Source: Armatimonadota bacterium
GTDB lineage: Bacteria > Armatimonadota > SYMT01
Assembly (NCBI GenBank): GCA_046292385.1
Contig: JBKBRF010000009.1
Coordinates: 64,001-128,000 of the forward strand
Direction of reading: 5' to 3'
Length of the DNA: 64,000 nt
How positions within the stretch are numbered: position 1 is the first letter of the stretch; each line of letters opens with the position of its first letter. Shown one piece after another: positions 10,245 to 19,972 of the stretch. The translations under genes and the position numbers were made by a program. The notes under the pieces are model-generated. The model was not told the origin of the DNA and searched no databases. It saw nothing but the letters and a program-made list of their open reading frames with translations.

Positions 10245-10390
10245 GACCTGCTACTGCTCGCGAGCTGGAAAGGATGCAATGGAGAGTGGAGGAGCGGGAG
10301 AGCCAGGAACAGCCTGCAGCCGCCCACGCTCCGCCTCTTCCATTCTCCCACTCAAAACGTGAGGGGTCCACCACCTGTCCGGACAGGCTC

Positions 10391-11776
10391 CTATCGGAAC
10401 AGCTCCCGGATCGGATCTCCGGCGATCGGAAGCGGGCGGTTCTGGAGGTCGTAGACTTCCGTGCGCGGATCGATCCCCAGCGCGCGGTAGAGGGTGCCCG
10501 CAATGTTCTCCGGTTTCACCGGCCGGTCGGCCGGATACTCGCCTTTCGCGTCGGACGCGCCGTAGACGTAGCCCGCCTTCATACCGCCGCCCGCCAGCAG
10601 GGCCGGGTAGACCTCCGGCCAGTGGTCGCGCCCCGCGTCGCCGTTGATCTTCGGGGTGCGGCCGAACTCGCCCATCCAGAGCACCAGGGTGTCGTCCAGC
10701 AGCCCGCGCTGCTCCAGGTCGCGAATCAGCGTGGGAACCGCCTGGTCGGTGGTCGGCAGCAGCTTGTTCTTCATCTCCGGGAAGTGATCTTTGTGCGTGT
10801 CCCAGATGAAGCCGCCGCCGGGGTTGCAGTAGTAGACGGTGACGATCCGCACGCCCGCTTCCACCAGCCGCCGCGCCAGCAGGCAGCTCTGGCCGTACAT
10901 CGTGCGGCCGTACTCGTTCCGCAGCTTCTCCGGCTCGCGGGAGAGGTCGAACGCTTCCTTCACCTTCGGCGAGGAGAGCATGGCGAAGGCGCGCTCGTGG
11001 TACTCCCCCAGGCCTTTCGCCGTCGGCAGCTTCTCGAGCAGGCCCGCCTGGCGGTCGATCGAGTCGAGCAGCGACTTCCGATCGTTGAGCCGCTCCGGGG
11101 TCAGGCTCTGCGGCAGCCGCAGCTCCGGGAGCTTGAAGTCCGCGCTGTTCGGGTCCTGCAGGATCAGCAGCGGGTCGTGCTTCTTGCCCAGGAAGCTGGC
11201 GTGCTGGCCGGGCACCACGCTGCCGTCCCGGATCGACGCCGGCAGCGCCACGAAGGTGGGAATCTCCTTCGGCGCCGGCGCCAGGTAGTCGATCACCGAG
11301 CCGTAGTGCGGGAAGAGATCCGGCGTGTCCCGCAGGCGCTGGTCGTCGAGCGGCGGCGCGTGGCCGGTGATGGCGTAGTAGCCGGGCGGGTTGTGGTTGC
11401 GGAAGGTGTGGGTGAGGGACCGGACCACGGTGAAGCGGTCCATCACCTGGGCAAACCGCGGCAGCAGCTCGCAGACGTCGACCTCCGGCAGCGTGGAGCG
11501 GATCGGCTTGAACTGCCCGCGCGAATCCTCCGGGCCGTCCGGCTTCATGTCGAACGTCTCCAGGTGGCTCGGCCCGCCCCACTGCATCAGGAAGATGACC
11601 GACTTCGCCGTGGCCGGCGGGCCCCCGCCCGCCTTCGCCGCCGCCTCGGCCCGCAGCAGGCCGGGGAGCGTGAGGCCCAGGGTGCCGAGGCCGCCGGCGG
11701 TGAGCAGGTCGCGCCGGCTCATCCGCCGCGCCTCCCAGAAGCCGGGACAGGCGCTGCTCTTCTCTCTTCGCTGCAC
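10391..11776 (-). CDS. DUF1501 family protein (sulfatase-like, Tat-type signal)
   Basis: SRRDLL, GGPSHLETFDMKP, CLLARRLVEAGVR, WDTH, GEFGRTP, GRDHW motifs. Confidence 0.9.
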   Translation of the reverse strand: MQRREKSSACPGFWEARRMSRRDLLTAGGLGTLGLTLPGLLRAEAAAKAGGGPPATAKSVIFLMQWGGPSHLETFDMKPDGPEDSRGQFKPIRSTLPEVDVCELLPRFAQVMDRFTVVRSLTHTFRNHNPPGYYAITGHAPPLDDQRLRDTPDLFPHYGSVIDYLAPAPKEIPTFVALPASIRDGSVVPGQHASFLGKKHDPLLILQDPNSADFKLPELRLPQSLTPERLNDRKSLLDSIDRQAGLLEKLPTAKGLGEYHERAFAMLSSPKVKEAFDLSREPEKLRNEYGRTMYGQSCLLARRLVEAGVRIVTVYYCNPGGGFIWDTHKDHFPEMKNKLLPTTDQAVPTLIRDLEQRGLLDDTLVLWMGEFGRTPKINGDAGRDHWPEVYPALLAGGGMKAGYVYGASDAKGEYPADRPVKPENIAGTLYRALGIDPRTEVYDLQNRPLPIAGDPIRELFR

Positions 11777-11779
11777 GGT

Positions 11780-14296
11780 CTACCTCCGCAAGAGGAACTC
11801 TTTGCTGTTCAGGAGCGCCCAGGTGAGATCTTCCAGGGCGGCACGCCGCTCCGGCTTCGACGCGACGTACTCCGCCGCCTTCGCCTGTTCCGCCGCGGAG
11901 GGGAAGCGGCTGTAGGCGGCCAGGTAGAGCTCCGTCACGATCTCGGCATCCGCCTTACCCGCCTCGAGCAGCTTGCCGACGCGGTTCTCGGGCCGGCGGA
12001 GCTTCTCGTCGATACTCTCCCCGCTGATGAGCGCGAACGACTGCCCCAGGGTCGTCTCACCGGTCCGCTCGCACTCGCACACGCTCTCCCGCGCCGGCTG
12101 CCCGAACAGCTTCAGGAACGGGTTCTGCTGGCGCGGCGGCTGCGGCGGGTACTGGACCGCCCGCATCCCGGCCGGATAGCCGCGGAACCGCTCCGGCGCG
12201 CCGGTGAGGTCGCTGATCGCGTCGAGCAGCACCTCCGCGGTGAGGCGCCCGGGGATGCCGCGGGAGAAGAACCGCTCGTCGTCCGCATTCGTCGCATTCG
12301 GCTCGCAGGCAAGCTGGTAGGTGCGGCTCTTCATGATCGTCCGCACCAGGGGCTTCATCCGGAAGCCGTGCGAGACCAGCTCCTTCGCCAGGCCGTCGAG
12401 CAGGGCCGGGTTCGAAGGCGGGTTCGACTCCCGCAGGTCGTCCACCGGATCGACGATCCCGCGGCCGGTCAGGTGGTACCAGATCCGGTTCGCCAGGTTG
12501 CGGGCGAAGTAGGGGTTGCCCGGCCGGGTCAGCCACTCGGCGAAGGCGACCCGCGGATCGCGGCGCACCGGCTCCGGGGCGTCGGCGGCGAGCACCAACC
12601 CCGGCAGACCGGGCGGCATCACCTGACCGGTGCGCGGGTGCTTCACCTCGCCGGCGCCGGTCACGCTGATGAACTCTTCGCCCTTCAGCTCGTGCAGGTC
12701 GAACTGGTCCCGCCGGGTCAGCTCCCCTTTCCGGCCGATCCGGCTGAAGAACGCGGCGAGGGTGTAGTAGTCGTCCTGCTTCCACCGCTCCGTCGGGTGG
12801 TTGTGGCACTTCGCGCAGAGCATGCGCGTGCCCATAAAGATCTGGGCCGTCGTCTCGCCCAGGTCCGTCGCGCTCCGGGTCCGGCGGAAGTAGTTGGCGG
12901 GCGGCGTGGTGTAGGTGCTGCCGGTGGCGGTGAGCAGCTCCCGGGCGAACTGGTCGAGCGGTCGATCCGACGCGATCCACTCCCGGATCCAGTCGCGGTA
13001 CGCCTGCGCCCCCTTCGGATCGAGAGAGCGCTCCTCCACCCGCAGCACGTCGCTCCACTTCAGCGTCCAGTAGTCGTCGAACGCGGCACTGTCGACCAGC
13101 CGGTCGATCAACCGCTCCCGCTTCTGCGGGCTACGGTCAACCAGAAACTCGCGCGCCTCGTCCGGCGGCGGCAGGCGGCCGGCGGCGTCGAGATAGGCGC
13201 GGCGAACGAACTCCGCGTCGGTGGTGAGGCGCGAGGGCTCCAGCCGGAGCTGCTTCAGCCGGGCGAAGTGGACCTCGTCGATCCAGTTGCTCGCCGGCAC
13301 CGGCTTCCACCGGAACCCGGGCCGTGCCGGAACGAAGGTGAGGCGGGCGTTCTCCATCTGGTCCGCGTACCGCACCAGCACCGCGGCGTCGCCGCTGCCG
13401 GAGGCGCCGACCAGCCCATCCGCCGAGAGCTGCAGCGCCGGGTCACCGCTGGAGTAGACCGCCCGGTGCGCCAGGTTGCGGACGCTCCCGTCCGAGAAGT
13501 AGCCGGTCACCGTGAGGCGCTGCATCCCCGCGGGCTGCACCAGCACCCGCTCCCGCGGCGAGACGACCAGCCGCTGCAGGCGGGGCGCGCCCGGCGGATC
13601 GAGCTGCGCCCCCTGCGCGATCCAGTGGGCGAGGGTGCGGTACTCTTCGGAGCCGACCGAGAGCCGCGGCCCCCCGCCGTGCGGCAGCGCGGAGGTCGCC
13701 TTCAGCAGCAGCAGGCTGCGGCCCGGATCCGCGCGGTTGACGCGGCGCCCTCCGCCGTGGACGGCCAGTACCGCGTGGTCGCCCGCCGGATCCTCCCCCT
13801 TGAACGACAGCTTCAGCCCGCCGCGGCCCTCCGCGTTGCCGTGGCAGGTCCCCTGGTTGCAGCCGGCGCGGGAGACGATCGGCAGCACGTCGTACAGGAA
13901 CGAGACGGGGACCGCTTCCGCCGCGCGCGAGACGGTCACCGGCAGGAGCGTCGACTTGCCGCCGTAGCTGATCCGGACCTTCGTGCTCCCGTCGCGCACC
14001 GCCGCGAGGGTGGACCGCTCCGCCACGCGCACCTGCGGCCCCAGCGCCTGCAGCTTCACGGCGCCGGAAACGTCCTTCCGCGCCCCGGAGGCGAGCACCG
14101 CCGTCACGAAGACCCGCTCCTCCGCGCCCTTCCCGTGCAGCCGCGCGTGGGCGGGCGAGAGCTCCAGCCGCGCCACCGCCGGCACCGGCTTCCGGCGGGG
14201 CGGATCGGGCGGACAGACGGGTGACGCGGCCGCCGGCGCACCGCCAAGGACGACCGCCGCCACACCGAGAGTCAGAGTTGCGAGCTTGCGGATCAT
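11780..14296 (-). CDS. DUF1549/DUF1553 protein with Ig-like (Big_2) domains
   Basis: GCNQGTCHG, RRAYLD..GRLP, CAKCHNHP, GRGIVDPVDD, NPPSNPALLD, RESVCECER, WALLNSKEF motifs. Confidence 0.9.
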   Translation of the reverse strand: MIRKLATLTLGVAAVVLGGAPAAASPVCPPDPPRRKPVPAVARLELSPAHARLHGKGAEERVFVTAVLASGARKDVSGAVKLQALGPQVRVAERSTLAAVRDGSTKVRISYGGKSTLLPVTVSRAAEAVPVSFLYDVLPIVSRAGCNQGTCHGNAEGRGGLKLSFKGEDPAGDHAVLAVHGGGRRVNRADPGRSLLLLKATSALPHGGGPRLSVGSEEYRTLAHWIAQGAQLDPPGAPRLQRLVVSPRERVLVQPAGMQRLTVTGYFSDGSVRNLAHRAVYSSGDPALQLSADGLVGASGSGDAAVLVRYADQMENARLTFVPARPGFRWKPVPASNWIDEVHFARLKQLRLEPSRLTTDAEFVRRAYLDAAGRLPPPDEAREFLVDRSPQKRERLIDRLVDSAAFDDYWTLKWSDVLRVEERSLDPKGAQAYRDWIREWIASDRPLDQFARELLTATGSTYTTPPANYFRRTRSATDLGETTAQIFMGTRMLCAKCHNHPTERWKQDDYYTLAAFFSRIGRKGELTRRDQFDLHELKGEEFISVTGAGEVKHPRTGQVMPPGLPGLVLAADAPEPVRRDPRVAFAEWLTRPGNPYFARNLANRIWYHLTGRGIVDPVDDLRESNPPSNPALLDGLAKELVSHGFRMKPLVRTIMKSRTYQLACEPNATNADDERFFSRGIPGRLTAEVLLDAISDLTGAPERFRGYPAGMRAVQYPPQPPRQQNPFLKLFGQPARESVCECERTGETTLGQSFALISGESIDEKLRRPENRVGKLLEAGKADAEIVTELYLAAYSRFPSAAEQAKAAEYVASKPERRAALEDLTWALLNSKEFLLRR

Positions 14297-15735
14297 GCCA
14301 GGATCTTCTTCACCACCGTGCCGCCGTTCACCGTCGCGCGCTCATCCCGCCCGTTGTGGTGATAGGTCAGCCGCAGGTGGTCCATGCCGAGCAGATGCAG
14401 GATCGTCGCGTGGAGATCGTGGACGTGGACCCTGTCATCCACCGCGTAGAGCCCCAGGTCGTCGGTCCGTCCGTGGACGAACCCCGGCTTCACGCCGCCA
14501 CCCGCCATGAACATCGTGAAGCCGAACGGGTTGTGATCGCGCCCGTTCCCCTTCTCGGACATCGGCGTGCGGCCGAACTCCCCGCCCCACACCACCAGCG
14601 TCCGCTCCAGCAGCCCCCGCTGCGCCAGGTCGGTCAGGAGCCCGGCGATCGGCTTGTCGGAGACGGCGCAGAGCCGCGAGTGGTTCCCTTCGAGATCGGC
14701 GTGGGCGTCCCACTGGCTGCCGGTGCCGCAGTAGAGCTCCACGAAGCGCACGCCGCGCTCCACCAGCCGCCGCGCCTGCAGGCAGTTCTGCCCGAACTTG
14801 CGGGTGTGCTCCTGGTCCATGCCGTAGAGGGCGCGCGTGCCTTCCGTCTCCCGGGAGAGATCGACCGCCTCCGTGGCGGCGGCCTGCATCCGGAACGCCA
14901 GCTCGTATGCCGCCACGCGGGCCTCCAGCTCGGAGTAGTCTTCACGGCCCTTGCCGTAGCGTCGGTTCAGCGTCTGGAGGAAGTCGAGCTTCTGCCGCTG
15001 CTGCTCCCGGCTTACCGTCGGCGGCGGGGCGAGGTTCAAGATCGGCGGGCCGTCCGGGCGGAACTGCGTCCCCTGGTAGGTCGCCGGCATGAAGCCGGAG
15101 CTCCAGTTCTTGGCGCCGCCGAGCGGCTCGCGGTCGTCCAGCAGGATCACGAAGCCGGGCAGGTCCCGGTTCACCGACCCGAGCCCGTACTGCACCCACG
15201 CCCCCAGCGAGGGCCGCCCCGCCAGAATGGAGCCGGTGTTCATCTGGCAGACCGAGCCGACGTGGTTGATGCCGTCCGCCCAGCAGGAGCGGAGCACGCA
15301 GAGGCGGTCGGCGTGCTCCGCGATGTGCGGGTACCAGTCGGAGACGTCGATGCCGCTCTGCCCATGCTTCTTGAACGTGCGCTTCGTGGGGAGCAGCGCG
15401 TTACCACCGACCCCCATCGCGGTCGCGGGGCGGCCGTACGACTCCGGCAGCGGCTGCCCCGCCAGGCGCTGGAGCTCCGGCTTCGGGTCGAAGAGGTCGA
15501 TGTGGCTCGGCCCGCCCTCCATGAAGAGGAAGATTACCGAGTCGGCCTTCGCCGCGAAGTGGGTCGCCCGTGCGCTCCGCGTTCCAGCGGGGACGGACGC
15601 CGCCGCGTCGTCCGCCAGCAGCGAGGCGAGCGCGATCCCCCCGAGCCCCAGCCCGGCCCGGAAGAGCAGGTCCCGCCGCGAAGTAATCCGCGGCACGTGC
15701 GGTGAACGCCCCATCGACTCGGGTTCTGGCTTCAT
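14293..15735 (-). CDS. DUF1501 family protein (Tat-type signal)
   Basis: SRRDLL, GGPSHIDLFDPKP, GRPSLGAWVQYGLGS, YELAFRMQ, WDAH, GEFGRTP, GRDHNP, DLHATILHLLG; stop overlaps the downstream start (ATGA). Start trimmed to MKPEPES. Confidence 0.9.
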   Translation of the reverse strand: MKPEPESMGRSPHVPRITSRRDLLFRAGLGLGGIALASLLADDAAASVPAGTRSARATHFAAKADSVIFLFMEGGPSHIDLFDPKPELQRLAGQPLPESYGRPATAMGVGGNALLPTKRTFKKHGQSGIDVSDWYPHIAEHADRLCVLRSCWADGINHVGSVCQMNTGSILAGRPSLGAWVQYGLGSVNRDLPGFVILLDDREPLGGAKNWSSGFMPATYQGTQFRPDGPPILNLAPPPTVSREQQRQKLDFLQTLNRRYGKGREDYSELEARVAAYELAFRMQAAATEAVDLSRETEGTRALYGMDQEHTRKFGQNCLQARRLVERGVRFVELYCGTGSQWDAHADLEGNHSRLCAVSDKPIAGLLTDLAQRGLLERTLVVWGGEFGRTPMSEKGNGRDHNPFGFTMFMAGGGVKPGFVHGRTDDLGLYAVDDRVHVHDLHATILHLLGMDHLRLTYHHNGRDERATVNGGTVVKKILA

Positions 15736-15827
15736 TGCCGAATGCATCCCCCTGGCAGAGTTGCCCTGCCTTCTGACCTGCCGGTACAATCGCTCGGTGC
15801 GAGCTGCCCTCGAGAGAGAGTGATCCG

Positions 15828-16445
15828 ATGTCCGCCGAAAAGCTCTACACACCGCCCCAGCGCTACACCGTGGACGACTTCTTCACCCTCGTCCGCGACG
15901 ACGAGAAGGCGGATCTCATCGACGGAGTCATCCACGTGGCCTCGCCGGATAGTCTCGTCAACGACAGCCTCACCAACTTCCTCCACTTCCTGCTGGCCGG
16001 CTACGCCGACGAGCGTGGGCTGGGCACCGTCGTCGGCTCTCGCTTCGCCTTCGTGCTCAGCGAGTTCCGCGCCCCGGAGCCGGACGTCGCCTTCGTCAGC
16101 GTCGAGCGATCCTCTATCCTCCAGCGCACCAGGGCGCTCGGCGCGCCGGACCTGGCGGTCGAGATCGTCTCCGAAGAGAGCCGCGCCCGCGACTACGCCG
16201 AGAAACGGGTCCTCTATGAGCGCGCCGGAGTCCGCGAGTACTGGATCATCGATCCCGCGCGCCGCCACGGCGAATTCCTGCGCCTGGCAGACAACTCGTT
16301 CGCTCCGATCGCGACCGCCAGCGAGCACTACTTTCACTCCTCCGTGGTCCCCGGCTTCTGGCTCGACCTTCGCTGGCTCTGGGAATCGCCGCTCCCCCGC
16401 CGGCTCGACTGCCTGAATCTGATCCTCTCCGGCCCACCACGCTAA
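15828..16445 (+). CDS. Uma2 (DUF820) family PD-(D/E)xK endonuclease-like protein
   Basis: LIDGVI, EPDVAFV, APDLAVEIVSEES, D..EKRVLYERAGVREYWIIDP. Confidence 0.9.
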   Translation: MSAEKLYTPPQRYTVDDFFTLVRDDEKADLIDGVIHVASPDSLVNDSLTNFLHFLLAGYADERGLGTVVGSRFAFVLSEFRAPEPDVAFVSVERSSILQRTRALGAPDLAVEIVSEESRARDYAEKRVLYERAGVREYWIIDPARRHGEFLRLADNSFAPIATASEHYFHSSVVPGFWLDLRWLWESPLPRRLDCLNLILSGPPR

Positions 16446-16853
16446 CGGCTACCGTCCCGCTCGTGTCCGTTACCGGGTGGGAGCGGCTCCTCTCTCGATC
16501 GTCATCTCACCGCAGTTCCACCCCCCGCCCTCACCTCCCGGAGCGGCCCTCCCGCGTAAATGGCCCTCCCGCAGTCCTTTCACGCCCTTCGGGCTAGCGG
16601 ACTGCTCCGGGCGTGCTCCCCGTCAAGCTAAGCTCCGCGTCCGCGTACTCGGACCTCATCATGGCGGCGGTTCACGGGCCGCTCCGTCCGGCTCAAGCGA
16701 GGCCCCCGCGCTTGGGGCCTCACAGGTGGCCCCAACGCACGAAGCCCAGTGTTCGCTCTCCAGGTGTCGGCAAGACCTCCAAATTCAGTAGCGCAGGAGG
16801 GTTTCCATCCCCACCATCCCCAGAGAAATCCCCCATCTCCTGAAAACGCCCCT

Positions 16854-19568
16854 TCAGTCGACGTACAGGAACTCGTTGGAGTTCAGGAGCGCGTGGCAGA
16901 GATCGACCCACGCCGCGCCCTCCGCTTCGGCGATCCCGTGGGCGCCGCCCTCGGGCAGCGCCACCTTCTCCTTCGCGGCAAGACGGCCGGAAACCAGCTC
17001 CGCCTGCTCCCGCAGGAACTGCAGCGTGAGGCGCGCCTCCTCTGCTTCCGGCGCACGGCCGAACGCGAGGCGGTACGCGCGCTCCACGCGGGCTTCCGGC
17101 GACTCCGCCTCCCGCAGAACCCGGCCGGCGAACGCCTGCGCCCACTGGAGGCCCAGCTCGCTGTTGAAGAGCATCAGGGCCTGCGGCGCGGTGTTGGTGA
17201 CGCTGCGGCGGGCGCACGGCTCGTGCGTGTCGGGGAAGTCGAACGCCTCGAAGAGCGGGTACCGCGTGTTCCGGCGCACGAAGACGTAGACGCTCCGCCG
17301 GTTCCGCTCGGCCGGGTCCTTCGTTACCGGCCAGCCGCCGCGCGTGCTCACCCCTTCCGGGAGCTCCGGGAAGATGCTGGGACCGCCCATCTTCGGGTTC
17401 AGCAGCCCGCTCACCGCCAGCGACGTGTCGCGGATCATCTCCGCCTCCAGCCGCTGCCGCCGGTGCCGCCAGAGAAGCCGGTTCTCCGGGTCGCGGGCCG
17501 CCGCGGTCGGGTTGAACGCACTCGACTGCCGGTAGGCGGAGGAGGTCATCACGAGCCGGTGCAGCCGCTTTAAACTCCACCCCAGGCCCTGCGGGCTGGA
17601 CGGAGCGACAGAGGGACCTTTTGCGACAGAGGGACGGAGAGACAGCGGGACAAAGCGATTCCGACCCCCTGCCGTGCGGTCACGGCTCTCTCCGTCTCTC
17701 TGTCTCTCAGTCTCTCCTTCGCGGGCGGGAGATGAGAACGTCCACGCGAGATAGTCGAGCAGCTCCGGGTGGGACGGCAGCTCGCCGGACTTGCCGAAAT
17801 CACTGGATGTGGGAACGATCCCCTGGCCGAAGTGGCCCTGCCAGACGCGGTTCACCAGCACGCGTGCGGTGAGCGGATTCTCCGGCGAGGTGAGCCAGGC
17901 GGCGAGCGCGGTCCGCCGACCGGTGCTCTCCACGCCGGCGGGCGGGGTGATCTGCGGCGTCCGCGGATCGATGGCGGTGATGAAGCCGGGGCGCACCTCT
18001 TCCTGCGGGGAATCGTAGCCGCCGGCCGCCAGGACGTGCGTCTTTGGGGCGACCGGTCCCACGTCGGTAACGCCCAGTCCCAGCGGCAGCTCCTGCGGGC
18101 GGAGCGGATCGAAGCGCTCCAGCTCCTTCCGCATCGCGGTCCACTGCTCCTTTGGCTCCCCCTTCATCGCGGTGCCGACGTCCTCGTCCTTCAGCTCGAT
18201 CTGCGGCGCGACCTTCAGGAAGAGCTGCCACTGGAGCGCGGTCCGCTTCGCGGCCGGGGTGTCGATCGCTTCCTGGACCTCCTCGGTGAACGGCATGCGC
18301 TTGTCGCGCAGCAGCTTCTCCCGATACGGCGCTTCCAGGGCGGCGAGCTTTTCCCGCACGGGCCGGGTCTCCGCTTCCCAGCGGGCAAGTTCGCGGCGAT
18401 AGCGCTCGAGCTGCTCCGCCGGCACCAGCGGGATGTCGTTCCGAGGCTGCAGGGCGGCGAAGAACGCCTGGAGCTGGTAGTAGTCCTTCTGCGTGATCGC
18501 GTCGTACTTGTGGTCGTGGCAGCGAGCGCAGCCGACCGTCAGGCCGAGCACCACCGAGCCCACGGTATCCGTGATGTCGTTCAGGATCTCCTGGCGGCGG
18601 AGGCGCAGGTTGCGCGCGTTGCTCTCGTCCGCCCAGTGGCGGTTGAAGCCGGTAGCGACCAGCGCGCTCGGATCGTTCGGGTAGCACTCGTCGCCGGCAA
18701 TCTGCTCCCGGATGAACCGGTTGTACGGCTTGTCCTGGTTGAACGCCTCGATCACGTAGTCGCGGTACCGCCAGGCGTTCGGGCGCGTCTCGTCCGCCTT
18801 GAAGCCCTCGCTCTCCGCGTACCGGGCCAGGTCGAGCCACGTCCGGCCCCACCGCTCCCCGTACCGCGGCGAAGCGAGGAGGCGGTCGATCAGCTTCTCG
18901 TAGGCGTCGGGAGAGCGGTCGCTGACGAACGCCTCCACCTCGTCCGGGGTCGGCGGGAGACCGTGGAGGTCGAGCGTGGCGCGGCGGATCAGCGTGCGGC
19001 GGTCCGCCTCCGGATTCGGCCGGAGGCCGGCCGCCCGGAGCTTCGCCAGCACGAAGGCATCGACCGGGTTCCGTACCCACGGATCCTCGACCGCCGGCAC
19101 CCGTGGGCGCACGACCGGCCGGAACGCCCACCACTTGCCGTCACCGCCCGCCCGGGCACTGGCCGGGTACGGCGCGCCCGCCTCGATCCACTCGCGCACC
19201 GCCTTTTGATCGGCGGGGGAAAGGGCGCCGGTCGGCGGCATCTGCGGCTTTACCTCGCCGGTGAGCATCCGGTAGAGACGGCTCTTAGCGGCGCTTCCAG
19301 GGACGACCGCCGCCCCGTGCTCTCCGCCCTTCTTCGCGAGGGCGAGGGTGCGGAGGTCGAGACCGGAGAGCCGGGAGCTCTCCCCGTGGCACTTGAAGCA
19401 GCTCCGCGCCACCACCTGGTAGCCGCGGTGGACGGCGGGCGACCCCTTCGCGGGCGCGGGGCGCTGCGGCTGCCTCACCGCCGGGCGCGCTCCCGCCGCG
19501 AGCACCGGCACCACGATGAGCGTGCAGAACGCCGCGGCGGTCAGGAAGGGCGTGGCCGAGCTGCGCAT
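16854..19568 (-). CDS. Planctomycete cytochrome c domain + DUF1549 + DUF1553 (PSD1) protein, carrying an in-frame repeat-derived insertion
   Basis: CFKCHG, WWAF.P, LIRRATLDLHGLPP, YGERWGR.WLD.ARYAES, CARCHDHKYD, PSHPELLDYLA, RRSVY, APQAL, ALLNSNEFLYVD. Start trimmed to MRSSATP (GGAGAGG upstream). Confidence 0.92.
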   Translation of the reverse strand: MRSSATPFLTAAAFCTLIVVPVLAAGARPAVRQPQRPAPAKGSPAVHRGYQVVARSCFKCHGESSRLSGLDLRTLALAKKGGEHGAAVVPGSAAKSRLYRMLTGEVKPQMPPTGALSPADQKAVREWIEAGAPYPASARAGGDGKWWAFRPVVRPRVPAVEDPWVRNPVDAFVLAKLRAAGLRPNPEADRRTLIRRATLDLHGLPPTPDEVEAFVSDRSPDAYEKLIDRLLASPRYGERWGRTWLDLARYAESEGFKADETRPNAWRYRDYVIEAFNQDKPYNRFIREQIAGDECYPNDPSALVATGFNRHWADESNARNLRLRRQEILNDITDTVGSVVLGLTVGCARCHDHKYDAITQKDYYQLQAFFAALQPRNDIPLVPAEQLERYRRELARWEAETRPVREKLAALEAPYREKLLRDKRMPFTEEVQEAIDTPAAKRTALQWQLFLKVAPQIELKDEDVGTAMKGEPKEQWTAMRKELERFDPLRPQELPLGLGVTDVGPVAPKTHVLAAGGYDSPQEEVRPGFITAIDPRTPQITPPAGVESTGRRTALAAWLTSPENPLTARVLVNRVWQGHFGQGIVPTSSDFGKSGELPSHPELLDYLAWTFSSPAREGETERQRDGESRDRTAGGRNRFVPLSLRPSVAKGPSVAPSSPQGLGWSLKRLHRLVMTSSAYRQSSAFNPTAAARDPENRLLWRHRRQRLEAEMIRDTSLAVSGLLNPKMGGPSIFPELPEGVSTRGGWPVTKDPAERNRRSVYVFVRRNTRYPLFEAFDFPDTHEPCARRSVTNTAPQALMLFNSELGLQWAQAFAGRVLREAESPEARVERAYRLAFGRAPEAEEARLTLQFLREQAELVSGRLAAKEKVALPEGGAHGIAEAEGAAWVDLCHALLNSNEFLYVD
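17598..17718. repeat. Palindromic octamer-repeat element (GACAGAGG/GACGGAGA arm and GTCTCTCN arm) inside a CDS
   Basis: Left arm GACGGAGC GACAGAGG ... GACAGAGG GACGGAGA GACAGCGG; right arm CTCTCTCC GTCTCTCT GTCTCTCA GTCTCTCC. Confidence 0.8.
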
Positions 19569-19972
19569 CAGGTCCTCTCCCCCATCTCCGGCCCGCCTGC
19601 CCCCGGCAGACACAGACCGACTGGTGGATAGTGGGAGCCATCCAGTCGGGCGAAGTTTCGCTAAACCGCCGCAACCCGACCGTAAGAAGGACTTCTCTCA
19701 CCCAGTGCGAACAGACTCCCCGTCAGCGTCCTACCTCAAGGGTGAATGATCGGCTAGCAAATGAGCCGGCTCGCCCGCGACGGTCACGTCAGAGGTCTGG
19801 CCGCCGAGAGATCGAGAGGCACTGGAAGTACCTGCTCGTCGGCCTCCCCGAGAGTCTCCGGGCCAGGCGGCCACCCGTCCTCCGGACGCCCTCGCCGCGA
19901 ATGAAACCCCCACGGTGATCGCCTCTCGAGTGCGCGCTTCGCTTATACGTCTCTCCACGCAGTACCAATTGC

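Noticed and set aside
16635..16664. Hammerhead-like string on the minus strand (ATGATGAG-GTCCG-loop-CGGAC)
   Set aside because: The core needs CUGAUGA and GAAA after stem II; here it is AUGAUGA and GCGG.
19617..19649. Hairpin CCGACTGG...CCAGTCGG upstream of the PSD1 gene
   Set aside because: A single stem with no riboswitch consensus or U-tract; not enough for a functional call.
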